A stretch of 64,000 nucleotides of DNA from an uncultured archaeon (GCA_964347045.1 CAYFXC010000007.1:10549-74548); one strand, 5' to 3'; positions 1 through 9,285 are shown, counted from the first letter of the stretch. Made by a program: numbers and translations. Notes: generated by a model not told the origin, from the letters alone.

Positions 1-568
1 AGTTGAGAGCAACTTCTTCACGATTTTCTTCAGGAATGAGACCAGATTTTCCAGCAAGGGGTTCAAGGATGGCGCCCATTTCAAGAGTTGCTGGTTGGAA
101 TTCTCCTCCGATGCGAATGAGACGTTCACGAGCGTCTGCAACCTGGACATAGACTTTTTGGTAGTCGGGGTTGGTGAGAAGTTGGTTAAGGGCTTCATCG
201 ATTTTACGTTCAACTACCACAGCTTTAGAGGCATGAGAAAGTTTGACGCCGGGGACACTACTGAATCTTTCGAGGGTTTCGGTGATGCGATGGGCGATTT
301 CATTAGCATAATCTGGGCGTTTTTGCTCATCACCCCCTGTAATATCGAGATGGATTGTGGGAGTTTTAGAGTCGACTAAAAGGGTAACTTCGAGTCGATC
401 TTCAGTGCTAGGCATACGAAAGGAAACGGTGGCTGTACCGAAGAAGCCTTCTTCAGTGTAAGTTTCAGCGATGTTGGTTAGTCGAGTACCGATTGAAGAG
501 ATGCAAAAATAAGCAGCCCCAAAAGCAAGACTAGGTGAAAGTTCCCCGATAGGAATCTCTGTTGACAC
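1..568 (-). CDS. Hypothetical protein, truncated by the window edge (not in ORF track)
   Basis: Manual translation: GTG at 568 after a GAGGGT SD-like motif, MSTEIPIGELSPSLAFGAAYF..., open for 189 codons to position 1. Confidence 0.75.
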   Translation of the reverse strand, partial: MSTEIPIGELSPSLAFGAAYFCISSIGTRLTNIAETYTEEGFFGTATVSFRMPSTEDRLEVTLLVDSKTPTIHLDITGGDEQKRPDYANEIAHRITETLERFSSVPGVKLSHASKAVVVERKIDEALNQLLTNPDYQKVYVQVADARERLIRIGGEFQPATLEMGAILEPLAGKSGLIPEENREEVALN

Positions 569-974
569 AGTAGGACCCTCTTACAAACTGTGGTCGAAGA
601 GGAAAAAAGTGTTCTGATAGACCTGATTCTACACGCGTAAAAGAGCTCGGAGCCATTTTACTTCCCAAACCCACTAGAAGAGAAGAAGTGGTGCACTGGA
701 TTGAATATGTTAAATTAGAATTTCCTAGCCGTTTTGAGTAATTTCTTTTTGAATGGCATCTTTATCGAGATTTTTCCATAGTCTCATCTCACTCTTACAA
801 AGATATAACCTGAGTAAATGTAAGATTAGTTCCCGATTGCTATTCAGGGGCCTCATTTTGTGTTTCTTTTTAGTAGATTCAAGCTCTATAATTTGATTTT
901 TTCAAGGAAGATGAAGCTTCTTGGATAAAATGATAAGGGCGTGCTTTCAAGGGCATTACACGCGCGAGGTAGTT

Positions 975-2516
975 ATGATGCAGTCGGACCCACCGGATAA
1001 AGAGCCGGAGAATGCGGAAGAACATTTCGGAGCGGCCTCAGAATCATCGGATTCCGTGCAAATTGAACCCATTGCCGAAGTCGTTGGTAAAACAACAACC
1101 CACACACTGAAAATTCGAGTGATTAAACAGGGAGACGTCGGCCGAAACGACTTTCTTTCTATTAATCACCAAGGAGAAGAATATCTGCTTCTTTGTAAAG
1201 AACTATGGCGCGAAAGTGGAAAAACAACGGGGCAATGTAGTGTTGTTGGTCCAATGCCCCGAACTCCCTTTAATCCTGAGATGATGATATACAAAGCAAC
1301 ACCAAGAACTGTGAGTGCCGCGCTGGGGATTAATGTATCAATTGATGAAGGAGCATACGTAGGTCAAATCTCTGGAAATACAGTTCCAGTGCGTTTGCCT
1401 GTGAAACGATTGGGACGATTATTTGTTGTTGGAAAAACAGGGAGTGGAAAAAGCTATACTACAGCTGTAATTATGGAAGAATTTCTGAAAAAGGGAATTC
1501 CTGTTGTTGTACTGGATCGTCATGGAGAATATTCAAGTCTAAAGATTCCTGCGGAAACAAGAAATGAACGTTTTGATGTGGAACCGCGAAGTTATGAAAT
1601 GAGTGTTATTGAGTTTGCGGATTTGCATGCCAATCCAGGAGCAGACCTTCCCATTGAAGCACTCCTTGGTACACACCCGAAGGATTTGGTAGTTTCTGGT
1701 CAGGGAACAATTATCAATTTTCGTGGTCTTGATTTAGGTGTTCAAGAGGCCCTGTCGCAGGAAATTCTTAGTGATCTTTATCATGCTGCTGTGAATCGTG
1801 AAATTCCACCATTCTATTGTTTTGTTGATGAGGCTCACACATTAGCTCCAAATAGGGGGAAAGCTGCAACGACGGGAATGATGCGTTTATTTGCTCAAGA
1901 GGGTCGGAAATTTGCGGCTAATTTAGTAGTCATTACGCAAAAGCCTCAACTCCTCGACACAATCGTTCGGAGTCAAGTTGGCACATGGATTATTCACCAA
2001 TTAACCGATGTCCGAGATGTGGATATCACAGTCTCAAGCACAGAAGGGCTTTCGAAGGAATGGGCTGAAGATATACAACGCCTTGATACCGGTCAGGCAG
2101 TTATTGCAGGTGATGCCGTTGAAGTTCCTGTATTTCTGGATGTTCGATACCGAGAAACTACGCATGGCGCAACTGGTTTTAATCCACTAGATTTTGCTGA
2201 AAAACAAACTTTGGAAGAATTAGAGAAACGCCGAATTCGATTACGCACAAATTTTGCTGGACGAATTAAAGCGGCAGTAGAACGTTTCCAGCAATTAACG
2301 GCAAATGCTAATGGGGGTCAGATGCCTCAACATGTTCATGCCCTACGATCAGAGCTTCAGGCTGCTGAACAGAAACTCAATGATATCCGAGAGGAAAATT
2401 CGAAATTAACAGCACGAATCCGAGAACTGAAAATCGAACTCAAAAAAGCTGAGGAGAAATACAAGAAAGCGATGAATATTGCTGAGCGCGCATTAGCTGA
2501 GCTTAAGGGACGTTAG
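975..2516 (+). CDS. HerA/FtsK-family (DUF87) ATPase with C-terminal coiled coil
   Basis: Walker A GKTGSGKS, LDRHGEY, Walker B VDEAH, EGRKF, TQKPQ; N-terminal HAS-barrel-like strands; heptad-rich tail; start moved to ATG 975 after GAGGT. Confidence 0.85.
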   Translation: MMQSDPPDKEPENAEEHFGAASESSDSVQIEPIAEVVGKTTTHTLKIRVIKQGDVGRNDFLSINHQGEEYLLLCKELWRESGKTTGQCSVVGPMPRTPFNPEMMIYKATPRTVSAALGINVSIDEGAYVGQISGNTVPVRLPVKRLGRLFVVGKTGSGKSYTTAVIMEEFLKKGIPVVVLDRHGEYSSLKIPAETRNERFDVEPRSYEMSVIEFADLHANPGADLPIEALLGTHPKDLVVSGQGTIINFRGLDLGVQEALSQEILSDLYHAAVNREIPPFYCFVDEAHTLAPNRGKAATTGMMRLFAQEGRKFAANLVVITQKPQLLDTIVRSQVGTWIIHQLTDVRDVDITVSSTEGLSKEWAEDIQRLDTGQAVIAGDAVEVPVFLDVRYRETTHGATGFNPLDFAEKQTLEELEKRRIRLRTNFAGRIKAAVERFQQLTANANGGQMPQHVHALRSELQAAEQKLNDIREENSKLTARIRELKIELKKAEEKYKKAMNIAERALAELKGR

Positions 2517-2538
2517 AATTAGACAGAAACGACCATGG

Positions 2539-2916
2539 TTATTTTGCTTGCCAAGCTTTCGTTGTGACTTTATCAGCAAGACCTTTGTCGCGTAATTCAT
2601 TTAGTGAGCGGATGATTTCGTTTCGTGGAATATCGACTCCCCCTGCGCCCCGAATTATAGTTTGGATAGCGCGTGGACGCTGAGGGCGTTCACGAATGGT
2701 TTCAAGAACAGCGGCCTGAAGAACAGAGAGTTTAGCTCGTTTTTTGGAGGATTTTTTTTGCTTGGGTTTTTCTTCTTCGATTGGCTTTTCTTCTATCGTA
2801 TCGATTTCCTCTTCAGAAACTTGTTCAGGTTTTACCTCTTTTTCAGGTTCTTCGGGTACGGGTTCTTCAGGGGTTTTTTGGGGGGAAGATTTTTTCTTTG
2901 ACACGTTCATCGCCAC
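2539..2916 (-). CDS. Small protein: charged disordered N-terminus plus C-terminal winged helix
   Basis: E/K/P-rich N-terminal half; LSVLQAAVLETIRE...IPRNEIIRSLNELRDKGLADKVTTKAW fits a wHTH pattern. Confidence 0.7.
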   Translation of the reverse strand: MAMNVSKKKSSPQKTPEEPVPEEPEKEVKPEQVSEEEIDTIEEKPIEEEKPKQKKSSKKRAKLSVLQAAVLETIRERPQRPRAIQTIIRGAGGVDIPRNEIIRSLNELRDKGLADKVTTKAWQAK

Positions 2917-3090
2917 GATTTTCTATTCGAAGGTAGGGTGGGAGGGGGCGCGACCTCAGTTCACGGTGAGTCATTTAAATTTTCTGATAACTCGCCAAAT
3001 ATTATCTAATAGTAATTTGTAGCCGTAGCCGTAAGGTTGAAATACGGGAAGTATAATCGACCGTCTCGCCTGAAAGGTAGGTTGTTCGCT

Positions 3091-4470
3091 GTGTCACGTC
3101 GACAACGGAAAGATAAGAAGCGTAAACAAAAGCGACTCGAAAGAGTCCCAGAAAAGCTGCAGCGGAAACGAGACCGTCAAGAAAGGCAAAGAAGCCGTCG
3201 AATGCCTGGATGGATTCGAACCAGCCTAGTTGTTGTTTTGATTGCCATTATAATTGGTGGCGCTTTCTGGGTTTGGTGGATTAACCTACCGGATCCAATT
3301 CCATCGCTACCTGTTGAAGGCGAAGTATACGTTCTCCAACAAGACAGTTTCTTTGTTTTCATTAATGATACCGGTCATGTACAAATTGATTTCATGCTAG
3401 GTAGATTTGCTGGCGGCACTTGGTCTGGAGATCAATGGCTAAATGTGTCGATTGCCCGTTCATTTGATGAGAATCAAGTGAACTTCACGTTGATTGACCC
3501 GTATGTCTTCTACGACTATTATGGAAATGCATATCATATTCCACTAGAAGTCGAGGCAGACAGTCTCGAATTCAATGTTGACCTTATTCAACCGAACATG
3601 TTCGAAGCTTTTGAAGAGCATAAACTTCGTGGTGGAGCGACAATGCGTGGTTTTTGGTCACTATTCTGGCACTACATAATCAACAGCAGTGACAATCTTT
3701 GGCTTCAAACTGACACAATGGAAGACATGTTTACTTTCACCTTCGATATCCACCCAGAGAACGACACACTTCCCTACAACATTCCTACTATTGTCCAATT
3801 CAATATTACCTTCAACACATTGAGTGCCTCTGAGACAAATGTCTTTAATTATGGCGAATCAATGATCCTTTTTCCAAAACAAGTCTACAATGATACCACA
3901 TTATTAGCGAATATGACGGTTCACGACGTTTATCGTATCGGAAGCAGAATTACTGACGATCTTATTCCAACAATTGATAATGAAACACACATCGGATTTC
4001 AGGCTAACCCAATCACGGCCTCGATGTCACAAAACCAGTCCTGGGGATATGCCTTTGATTTGAACGTTACGACGTTTACAAATGAAACATTCAGCCTAAT
4101 AGACCTCACCACACCTGAAAACGTATTCTTCTTGCAATCAGGTTTCACAGGTGTTGTTTTAGATCAACCAATGCATTTCCCGAAGGCTCAAATCAACATC
4201 CTTACTCCAAGGGTAGATCATTTAACACAAAATGTTACCGATATTGAATTCCGATTTCCCGAAATACGGGTAGATAACGGAACAATACACTATCATGTAC
4301 CTTCTGATTCATTTGGACCACGCATTTATTCAATTTCGCCCCCTTCAAACCCGGAACCAAGAACAAGCACAATTAATGTTTTAGAAGGAATCAAGAACGA
4401 TTCCAGTAATCTTGACTTGCAAACAATATTTTGGTTTGCTGAATTACGACGATTCTTCCTTCTCAATTGA
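3091..4470 (+). CDS. Type II single-pass membrane glycoprotein with R/K-rich cytoplasmic N-terminus
   Basis: SRRQRKDKKRKQKRLER... then one TM (LVVVLIAIIIGGAFWVWWI), then a beta-rich domain with about 15 N-x-S/T sequons; start GTG 3091 is uncertain. Confidence 0.75.
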   Translation: MSRRQRKDKKRKQKRLERVPEKLQRKRDRQERQRSRRMPGWIRTSLVVVLIAIIIGGAFWVWWINLPDPIPSLPVEGEVYVLQQDSFFVFINDTGHVQIDFMLGRFAGGTWSGDQWLNVSIARSFDENQVNFTLIDPYVFYDYYGNAYHIPLEVEADSLEFNVDLIQPNMFEAFEEHKLRGGATMRGFWSLFWHYIINSSDNLWLQTDTMEDMFTFTFDIHPENDTLPYNIPTIVQFNITFNTLSASETNVFNYGESMILFPKQVYNDTTLLANMTVHDVYRIGSRITDDLIPTIDNETHIGFQANPITASMSQNQSWGYAFDLNVTTFTNETFSLIDLTTPENVFFLQSGFTGVVLDQPMHFPKAQINILTPRVDHLTQNVTDIEFRFPEIRVDNGTIHYHVPSDSFGPRIYSISPPSNPEPRTSTINVLEGIKNDSSNLDLQTIFWFAELRRFFLLN

Positions 4471-4658
4471 ATGTTGAAACTTGTGAAAGACCCCTTCCTT
4501 TTTCACTGCGTAATGCTTTGAAAATAAATTCGTTGAAGGGAGCGTTGGGCAATCCTTAATCAACTTTAAATCCGCACTTAATCCGGATAAGTAGCTCCGA
4601 GGCTTTAAAAGTGCGGCACTTCTTAGAGATAGTGAACTAATCCGCTGGAGTAATTCCG

Positions 4659-5309
4659 ATGCCCTCTGAAAAAAACGATCTCGACAAAGCTTATTCCAAG
4701 TACCGTAAAAAATTGAAATCAAAAATTGCCGAACAGGATCCAACCAAGGATGAGGAGCTACGTTTAAGACTTGAAGAAGTCGACCGCCAGTCACCTTCAA
4801 AATCCAAGTTATTCATCGATTCGGATATTCGTCTTGAACAGCTCAAGGAAGAATTTCACTTCGAGATTCAAATGCCTCAAACACTGCAGGAATATATTGT
4901 ATATTTTTTGACTCAGAGGCGGATGGCGGAAACTTCAATCACTACTTTTGCTGTAGCAGATTTATATTCAGAGATTCATGAAGTTGACCAATATCGGAAG
5001 CTCTCTAAAAAAGAGTTTCAAAAAAGCCTTAAGCAACTGGAAAAGGAAGACACCGTTCAACTAAAAGAAATTCAGGGAACTTTAGTCGTCAAATTACGTG
5101 ATGAATTTCTCAGTGAAGATGAAGCAGCGATTCTCGATATTGCCGCTCGAAAAGATGGAAAAGCCTCTTTAGAACAGATTATGCTTTCTACTGGTTGGAC
5201 TCAAGCCAGGGTTCAAATTGCCTTAGACTCGTTGGTGGCAAAGAAAATGGTGGTTGAGAAAAAGAGCTTCACCCGAGGGACCCGTTACCAAGTATCGGGT
5301 GACACCTAA
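4659..5309 (+). CDS. ESCRT-II Vps22/Vps36 (EAP30)-like tandem winged-helix protein
   Basis: LSEDEAAILDIAARKDGKASLEQIMLSTGWTQARVQIALDSLVAKKMV resembles the Vps22/SNF8 second WH; a first WH (LSKKEFQKSLKQLE..IQGTLVV) precedes it. Confidence 0.65.
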   Translation: MPSEKNDLDKAYSKYRKKLKSKIAEQDPTKDEELRLRLEEVDRQSPSKSKLFIDSDIRLEQLKEEFHFEIQMPQTLQEYIVYFLTQRRMAETSITTFAVADLYSEIHEVDQYRKLSKKEFQKSLKQLEKEDTVQLKEIQGTLVVKLRDEFLSEDEAAILDIAARKDGKASLEQIMLSTGWTQARVQIALDSLVAKKMVVEKKSFTRGTRYQVSGDT

Positions 5310-5386
5310 GCGCTTTATTTCACTTATACATAACCCTCTATTATTTTAAATAGCTATTTTGGGAATGCTTGTTAGGTGTTTATTAA

Positions 5387-5602
5387 GTGAGTTCTGATTG
5401 TATAGAACCCATACGCCGTGTTCAACGAGATTTCAATGAGATTCCTCAGTGGGATATCCGCCGAGAAAAGCGATTACTTCGAAGAGCAATTGCTGCAACG
5501 AGTGGTTCCCATCGAATACGGCTTCAAAGAGAATTAGCCGCCCTTGAGGATTATGAGCGGGAAATGCGTCAAAAACTCCTTGAGCAAACTCCCAACGCTT
5601 AA
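5387..5602 (+). CDS. Small helical hypothetical protein
   Basis: 71-aa ORF with upstream TATA-like TTTTAAAT, AGGTG SD-like motif and a downstream hairpin. Confidence 0.6.
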   Translation: MSSDCIEPIRRVQRDFNEIPQWDIRREKRLLRRAIAATSGSHRIRLQRELAALEDYEREMRQKLLEQTPNA

Positions 5603-5603
5603 C

Positions 5604-5627
5604 ACCGGATTCAGAAATTCGGTTTTC
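5604..5627 (+). terminator. Possible hairpin plus T-tract terminator
   Basis: ACCGGATT-CAGA-AATTCGGT followed by TTT directly after the stop codon. Confidence 0.35.
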
Positions 5628-5712
5628 ATTTTAGAGGGAGCATTCTTATCAGATATTCAACTCAATGTCATCTAGATTCATCGAAATATGCATGAATCAT
5701 TGGTGACAAATT

Positions 5713-6321
5713 GTGGAACAGGTAATTGCTATTTCTGGAATACCCGGAACCGGTAAAACCGCGGTTGGAAGCGTATTAGCTAAACGTCTCAACGCGGAAT
5801 TCATCGAACTTGGACAGGTTGTCAAAGAACGACAGCTTCATTATGGTATCGATCCTGATCGTGGTACCCTAATCGCAAATATCGATAGTCTACAAGATTA
5901 CCTAATAGATCAAATTCAAGATACGGAAAAGCTATTTGTCGTAGTTGGTCATTTTGCAGATTTGGTTCCAGAAAATTATCTAAAAGTCCTAGTGATTCTT
6001 CGTTGTCATCCGGTTACTCTAGCTGAGAGATTATGTAGCCGTCAATGGTCATCAAAGAAGACGTTAGAAAATATTCAAGCAGAAATCCTGGGGGAATGTA
6101 CATCCCAAGGTTTGGCGCGACACCGCCTTGAGAAAATCTTTGAAATTGATACTACAGACACACCGATTGAAGAAGTGGTGGATACTATTGAAGTAATTCT
6201 TTCAGGGAAAGGTGGTCAGTTTGCATTTGGAAAGATTTCGTGGCTTCGTACCCTTGATCCTGAACTTATCCATCAGATTATGGAAGAGAACCGGCTTCCC
6301 GCTTCCTCACAAAAAGCATAA
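5713..6321 (+). CDS. Archaeal adenylate kinase, AK6/Fap7 family
   Basis: ISGIPGTGKT, VVVGH, ILRCHP..LAERL..R.W...K..ENIQAEI, EIDTT. Confidence 0.9.
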   Translation: MEQVIAISGIPGTGKTAVGSVLAKRLNAEFIELGQVVKERQLHYGIDPDRGTLIANIDSLQDYLIDQIQDTEKLFVVVGHFADLVPENYLKVLVILRCHPVTLAERLCSRQWSSKKTLENIQAEILGECTSQGLARHRLEKIFEIDTTDTPIEEVVDTIEVILSGKGGQFAFGKISWLRTLDPELIHQIMEENRLPASSQKA

Positions 6322-6370
6322 GTGTCTCCCAATTACTTGAACACATTAACGAAAAGCAGGTCGGCGTCAC

Positions 6371-8101
6371 GTGAAAAATCGCAACGGTTCATCAGTGCAA
6401 GAGTTAATTCGAAAATATAGTCTAGCAAACGCTATCAAATTTAATGGAAAAGCAAATGCCAACGCAGTCATTGGAAAGATTCTAGCGGAAAGACCTAGTT
6501 TACGATTACAAGCACAAGGTATTATCGAACAGGTTAACCAAATAGTGAGCGAAATAAACCAGATGGCCATTTCTGACCAAATTTCTGAACTAGAAAAAAT
6601 TGCACCCGAGTTACTCGAAACGACTAGGGAAAGACGAACTAAGGAACTTCCACCACTTCATGGAGTAAAAAAAAGGCGCGTTACCACTCGGTTACCACCC
6701 GAGCCAAGCGGGTACCCGCATATTGGACACGCTTATGCGGGATACATTAATTGGTATTATGCTCGCAAGTACAACGGACGATTGATTCTCCGATTTGAAG
6801 ACACAAATCCCCGTAATATCAATATAGAGTATTATGATGCATTCAAAGAAGGCTACCGTTGGATGGATATTGATTGGGATGAGGAGTTCAATGTTTCAGA
6901 TGATATCCCCTATTTTTATGAACACGCACAATTGCTGTTAAGTCGCGGTGAAGTCTATTTTTGTTCTTGCTCTTCAGAGGTCATTAGCGAAAATCGGCGA
7001 ACCGGAGTGACGTGCGAACACCGTCAAACAAGCAACGAAGAAAATCAGAAAATTTGGGAAGAGATAATTGAAGGCAAATACATGGAAGGAGAGATTGTTT
7101 GCCGCCTTCGAATTGATATGACCCATCCTAATGCAGTGATGCGAGATCCGAATATCTTTCGAATCATAGATTTTCCTCACCCTATACAAGGTGATCGATA
7201 TCGCCTCTGGCCAACCTATGACTTTGCCAATGCTTTAGAAGACTACCGAAATGGTATTAGCCATGTACTAAGAAGCAATGAATTTGCGAGCCGAGGAGAA
7301 CTTCAAGCATATATCCGAAATCTCTTTGAATATCCTCAGCCAATTATTCAGGAATGGTCCCGATTTGCCATAGAAGGAAGCCCTGTAAGCAAGAGAAAAA
7401 TAAGACCTTTGATCGAATCCAAGCTTATTAGCGGATGGGACGATATTCGGCTAACTACATTGTCAGCACTTCGCCGCCGAGGTATCATTCCTGAGGCAAT
7501 TCGAGAAATGACCCGAGAAGTTGGGCTAAGTGTGGCTCAACCAATCATAGATTGGTCCATCTTGCTGGGAATTAATCGCAGACTTGTTGATCCTCTTGCA
7601 AATCGATATTACTGTGTCACTCAGCCAATGCTCGTCAATATTGACGATACAAAATCATTCACAGCCGAAATCCCATATCATCCTGATTTCAAAGATCGAG
7701 GATCCCGAAAAGTTTTGATACAGAATCAAGTGTTCATAGATGGGATTGATGCAGAACAACTCAAAATTGGTGATATCTTTCGATTAAAGCATGCCTTTAA
7801 TCTCCGAGTTGAAAAGAAAACCCCAAAAATGATAAAATGCGTCTATGCAGGAGACGCATTAGATCAAGCACCGATGAAAATCCAGTGGGTTACTCTTGAG
7901 AATGTTCCTGTTCAAATATTTGTGCCAGACGTACTATTCATCAAAGAGGAATATAATACAGAGAGCCTTCAAATCCTTGACGGACTTGGAGAGCTTGCCC
8001 TCAAAGAAGTGATGACAGGGACAATCATCCAATTAGAACGCAAAGGGTTTGGTTTTGTGGAGAGAAATGGGGAGAAAGTCAACATTAATTTGACTGAGTA
8101 G
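6371..8101 (+). CDS. gltX: Glutamyl-tRNA synthetase (archaeal, probably non-discriminating)
   Basis: RLPPEPSGYPHIGH, LRFEDTNP, WPTYDFA, SHVLRSNEF, VSKRK, GWDDIRLTTL. Confidence 0.97.
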   Translation: MKNRNGSSVQELIRKYSLANAIKFNGKANANAVIGKILAERPSLRLQAQGIIEQVNQIVSEINQMAISDQISELEKIAPELLETTRERRTKELPPLHGVKKRRVTTRLPPEPSGYPHIGHAYAGYINWYYARKYNGRLILRFEDTNPRNINIEYYDAFKEGYRWMDIDWDEEFNVSDDIPYFYEHAQLLLSRGEVYFCSCSSEVISENRRTGVTCEHRQTSNEENQKIWEEIIEGKYMEGEIVCRLRIDMTHPNAVMRDPNIFRIIDFPHPIQGDRYRLWPTYDFANALEDYRNGISHVLRSNEFASRGELQAYIRNLFEYPQPIIQEWSRFAIEGSPVSKRKIRPLIESKLISGWDDIRLTTLSALRRRGIIPEAIREMTREVGLSVAQPIIDWSILLGINRRLVDPLANRYYCVTQPMLVNIDDTKSFTAEIPYHPDFKDRGSRKVLIQNQVFIDGIDAEQLKIGDIFRLKHAFNLRVEKKTPKMIKCVYAGDALDQAPMKIQWVTLENVPVQIFVPDVLFIKEEYNTESLQILDGLGELALKEVMTGTIIQLERKGFGFVERNGEKVNINLTE

Positions 8102-8181
8102 GGTATGGCATAAAGATTTTAGAGAACAAATTCCCAGTACCGTATAGCTAGTATTGCGCAATAGGGGGTAAAGGTATAGCG

Positions 8182-9009
8182 ATGGCCGAGGAAGTACAGC
8201 GGGCATTGGATAATCTTCGTTTTGACCGAATGGTCAAGGCATTCTGCATCATATCTCCTGACAGTAAGATCTATCAAAGCACCCTAGATCCCGATACTGA
8301 AGCAATGGTCAAACAAACTGTAAGCCTGTACAAAGGACAAATCAGTCAGCTTACTGTAAACACTGAAGCAGGACTCGTTGTAATATCCAAAATCGCCGAT
8401 AATTGGCTCCTTGCAGTACTTTTTCCGCCTAATCTCTCATTGGGAATTGCAGTAGTGAAAACAAAAGCAACCCTTCTAGCCCTCCGCGAACTTAATCTAA
8501 ATATCATCGAAACAATGAAAGAAAAACCCGTAGAACCAACGCCGGCTCCTCCACCCGAACCAGTCACATCTCCACCAGTTCCACCTTCACAACCGACTCC
8601 AACTCCAGAAACAGACACACCACAACTAGAACCCATTCCACCACCTGAACCCACACCCGTCCCTCCCGACATCGAAGAAATGCCTCCCCCTCTTGAACCT
8701 CCTCCAATCGAACCCTCAGAAACCACCACTCCTCCCCCGCCTCCATCACCTGATAAAGGACGTATTAATCTAAAATTTGTACCCCAAGGTGGTGAAGAGT
8801 TGCTAGCAGCTCTTGATTCAGGATCAGCGGTTGGAAGTGCCCTGAACGATAAATTTGGTCCCTATGCTAGGGACGTGCTCTTTCTAGTAGATGGAAAACG
8901 CGATGTAAAAACTATAGCCTTCCTTTTAGGGCTACCAGAGTATGCCATTGTTGATGTTCTAGAATTCGCCATCAACAATCGAATTCTAGCTAGCCCCGTG
9001 GCAGTATAG
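8182..9009 (+). CDS. Roadblock/longin-like domain, polyproline linker and C-terminal winged-helix domain
   Basis: N-terminal alpha-beta-beta-alpha-beta-beta-beta-alpha pattern (AFCIISPDS..QLTVNTEAGLVVISKI..WLLAVLF..LSLGIA); about 75-aa Pro/Glu/Thr linker; VLFLVDGKRDVKTIA..LGL HTH. Confidence 0.7.
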   Translation: MAEEVQRALDNLRFDRMVKAFCIISPDSKIYQSTLDPDTEAMVKQTVSLYKGQISQLTVNTEAGLVVISKIADNWLLAVLFPPNLSLGIAVVKTKATLLALRELNLNIIETMKEKPVEPTPAPPPEPVTSPPVPPSQPTPTPETDTPQLEPIPPPEPTPVPPDIEEMPPPLEPPPIEPSETTTPPPPPSPDKGRINLKFVPQGGEELLAALDSGSAVGSALNDKFGPYARDVLFLVDGKRDVKTIAFLLGLPEYAIVDVLEFAINNRILASPVAV

Positions 9010-9059
9010 GAGTAATTTAGATTCTCCAACAAATGAACAGAACCTTATCAAAAAATGAT

Positions 9060-9190
9060 GCCGGAGGGCAGTTGATGGAGGAGGGGTGTTATTGAAGGAC
9101 GAGGACGACTCGGACCTGAGCCTCTAATAGAGGATTCTGCCAATGAAGAGTTTTAGGTTTGTTTTAAAATCGCTTCTCTGCCCAACCGGC
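9060..9190 (-). ncRNA. Candidate ~131-nt structured non-coding RNA (strand not certain)
   Basis: Complementary ends GCCGG-TT-GGGCAG / CTGCCC-T-CCGGC; BRE+TATA (AATAAAAG TTTATAAT) at -30..-23; T6 4 nt downstream; internal hairpin CCTCT-ATT-AGAGG; no convincing ORF. Confidence 0.5.
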
Positions 9191-9212
9191 TAATGAATAA
9201 AGACCATGGCTA

Positions 9213-9228
9213 ATTATAAACTTTTATT
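9213..9228 (-). promoter_or_regulatory. Archaeal BRE/TATA promoter upstream of the candidate ncRNA
   Basis: Minus strand AATAAAAG-TTTATAAT at canonical spacing from 9190. Confidence 0.5.
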
Positions 9229-9285
9229 GTTTTCTCAATAAAATATTAATTTGTTGCGATTATCACAAACGAAGTTGTTGAAAGC

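Noticed and set aside
95-379. Plus-strand 94-aa ORF in the track
   Set aside because: It is the antisense shadow of a longer minus-strand ORF (568 to window start) that has an SD-like motif
8346-8749. Gly-rich and Val/Glu-rich minus-strand ORFs
   Set aside because: They are antisense read-outs of the polyproline linker; most other short nested ORFs in the track were dismissed the same way
9150-9166. TAAAAC-AAACC-TAAAAC in the candidate ncRNA, resembling a telomerase-type template
   Set aside because: It is a short AT-rich repeat that could arise by chance, with no reverse transcriptase or matching repeat array in the window
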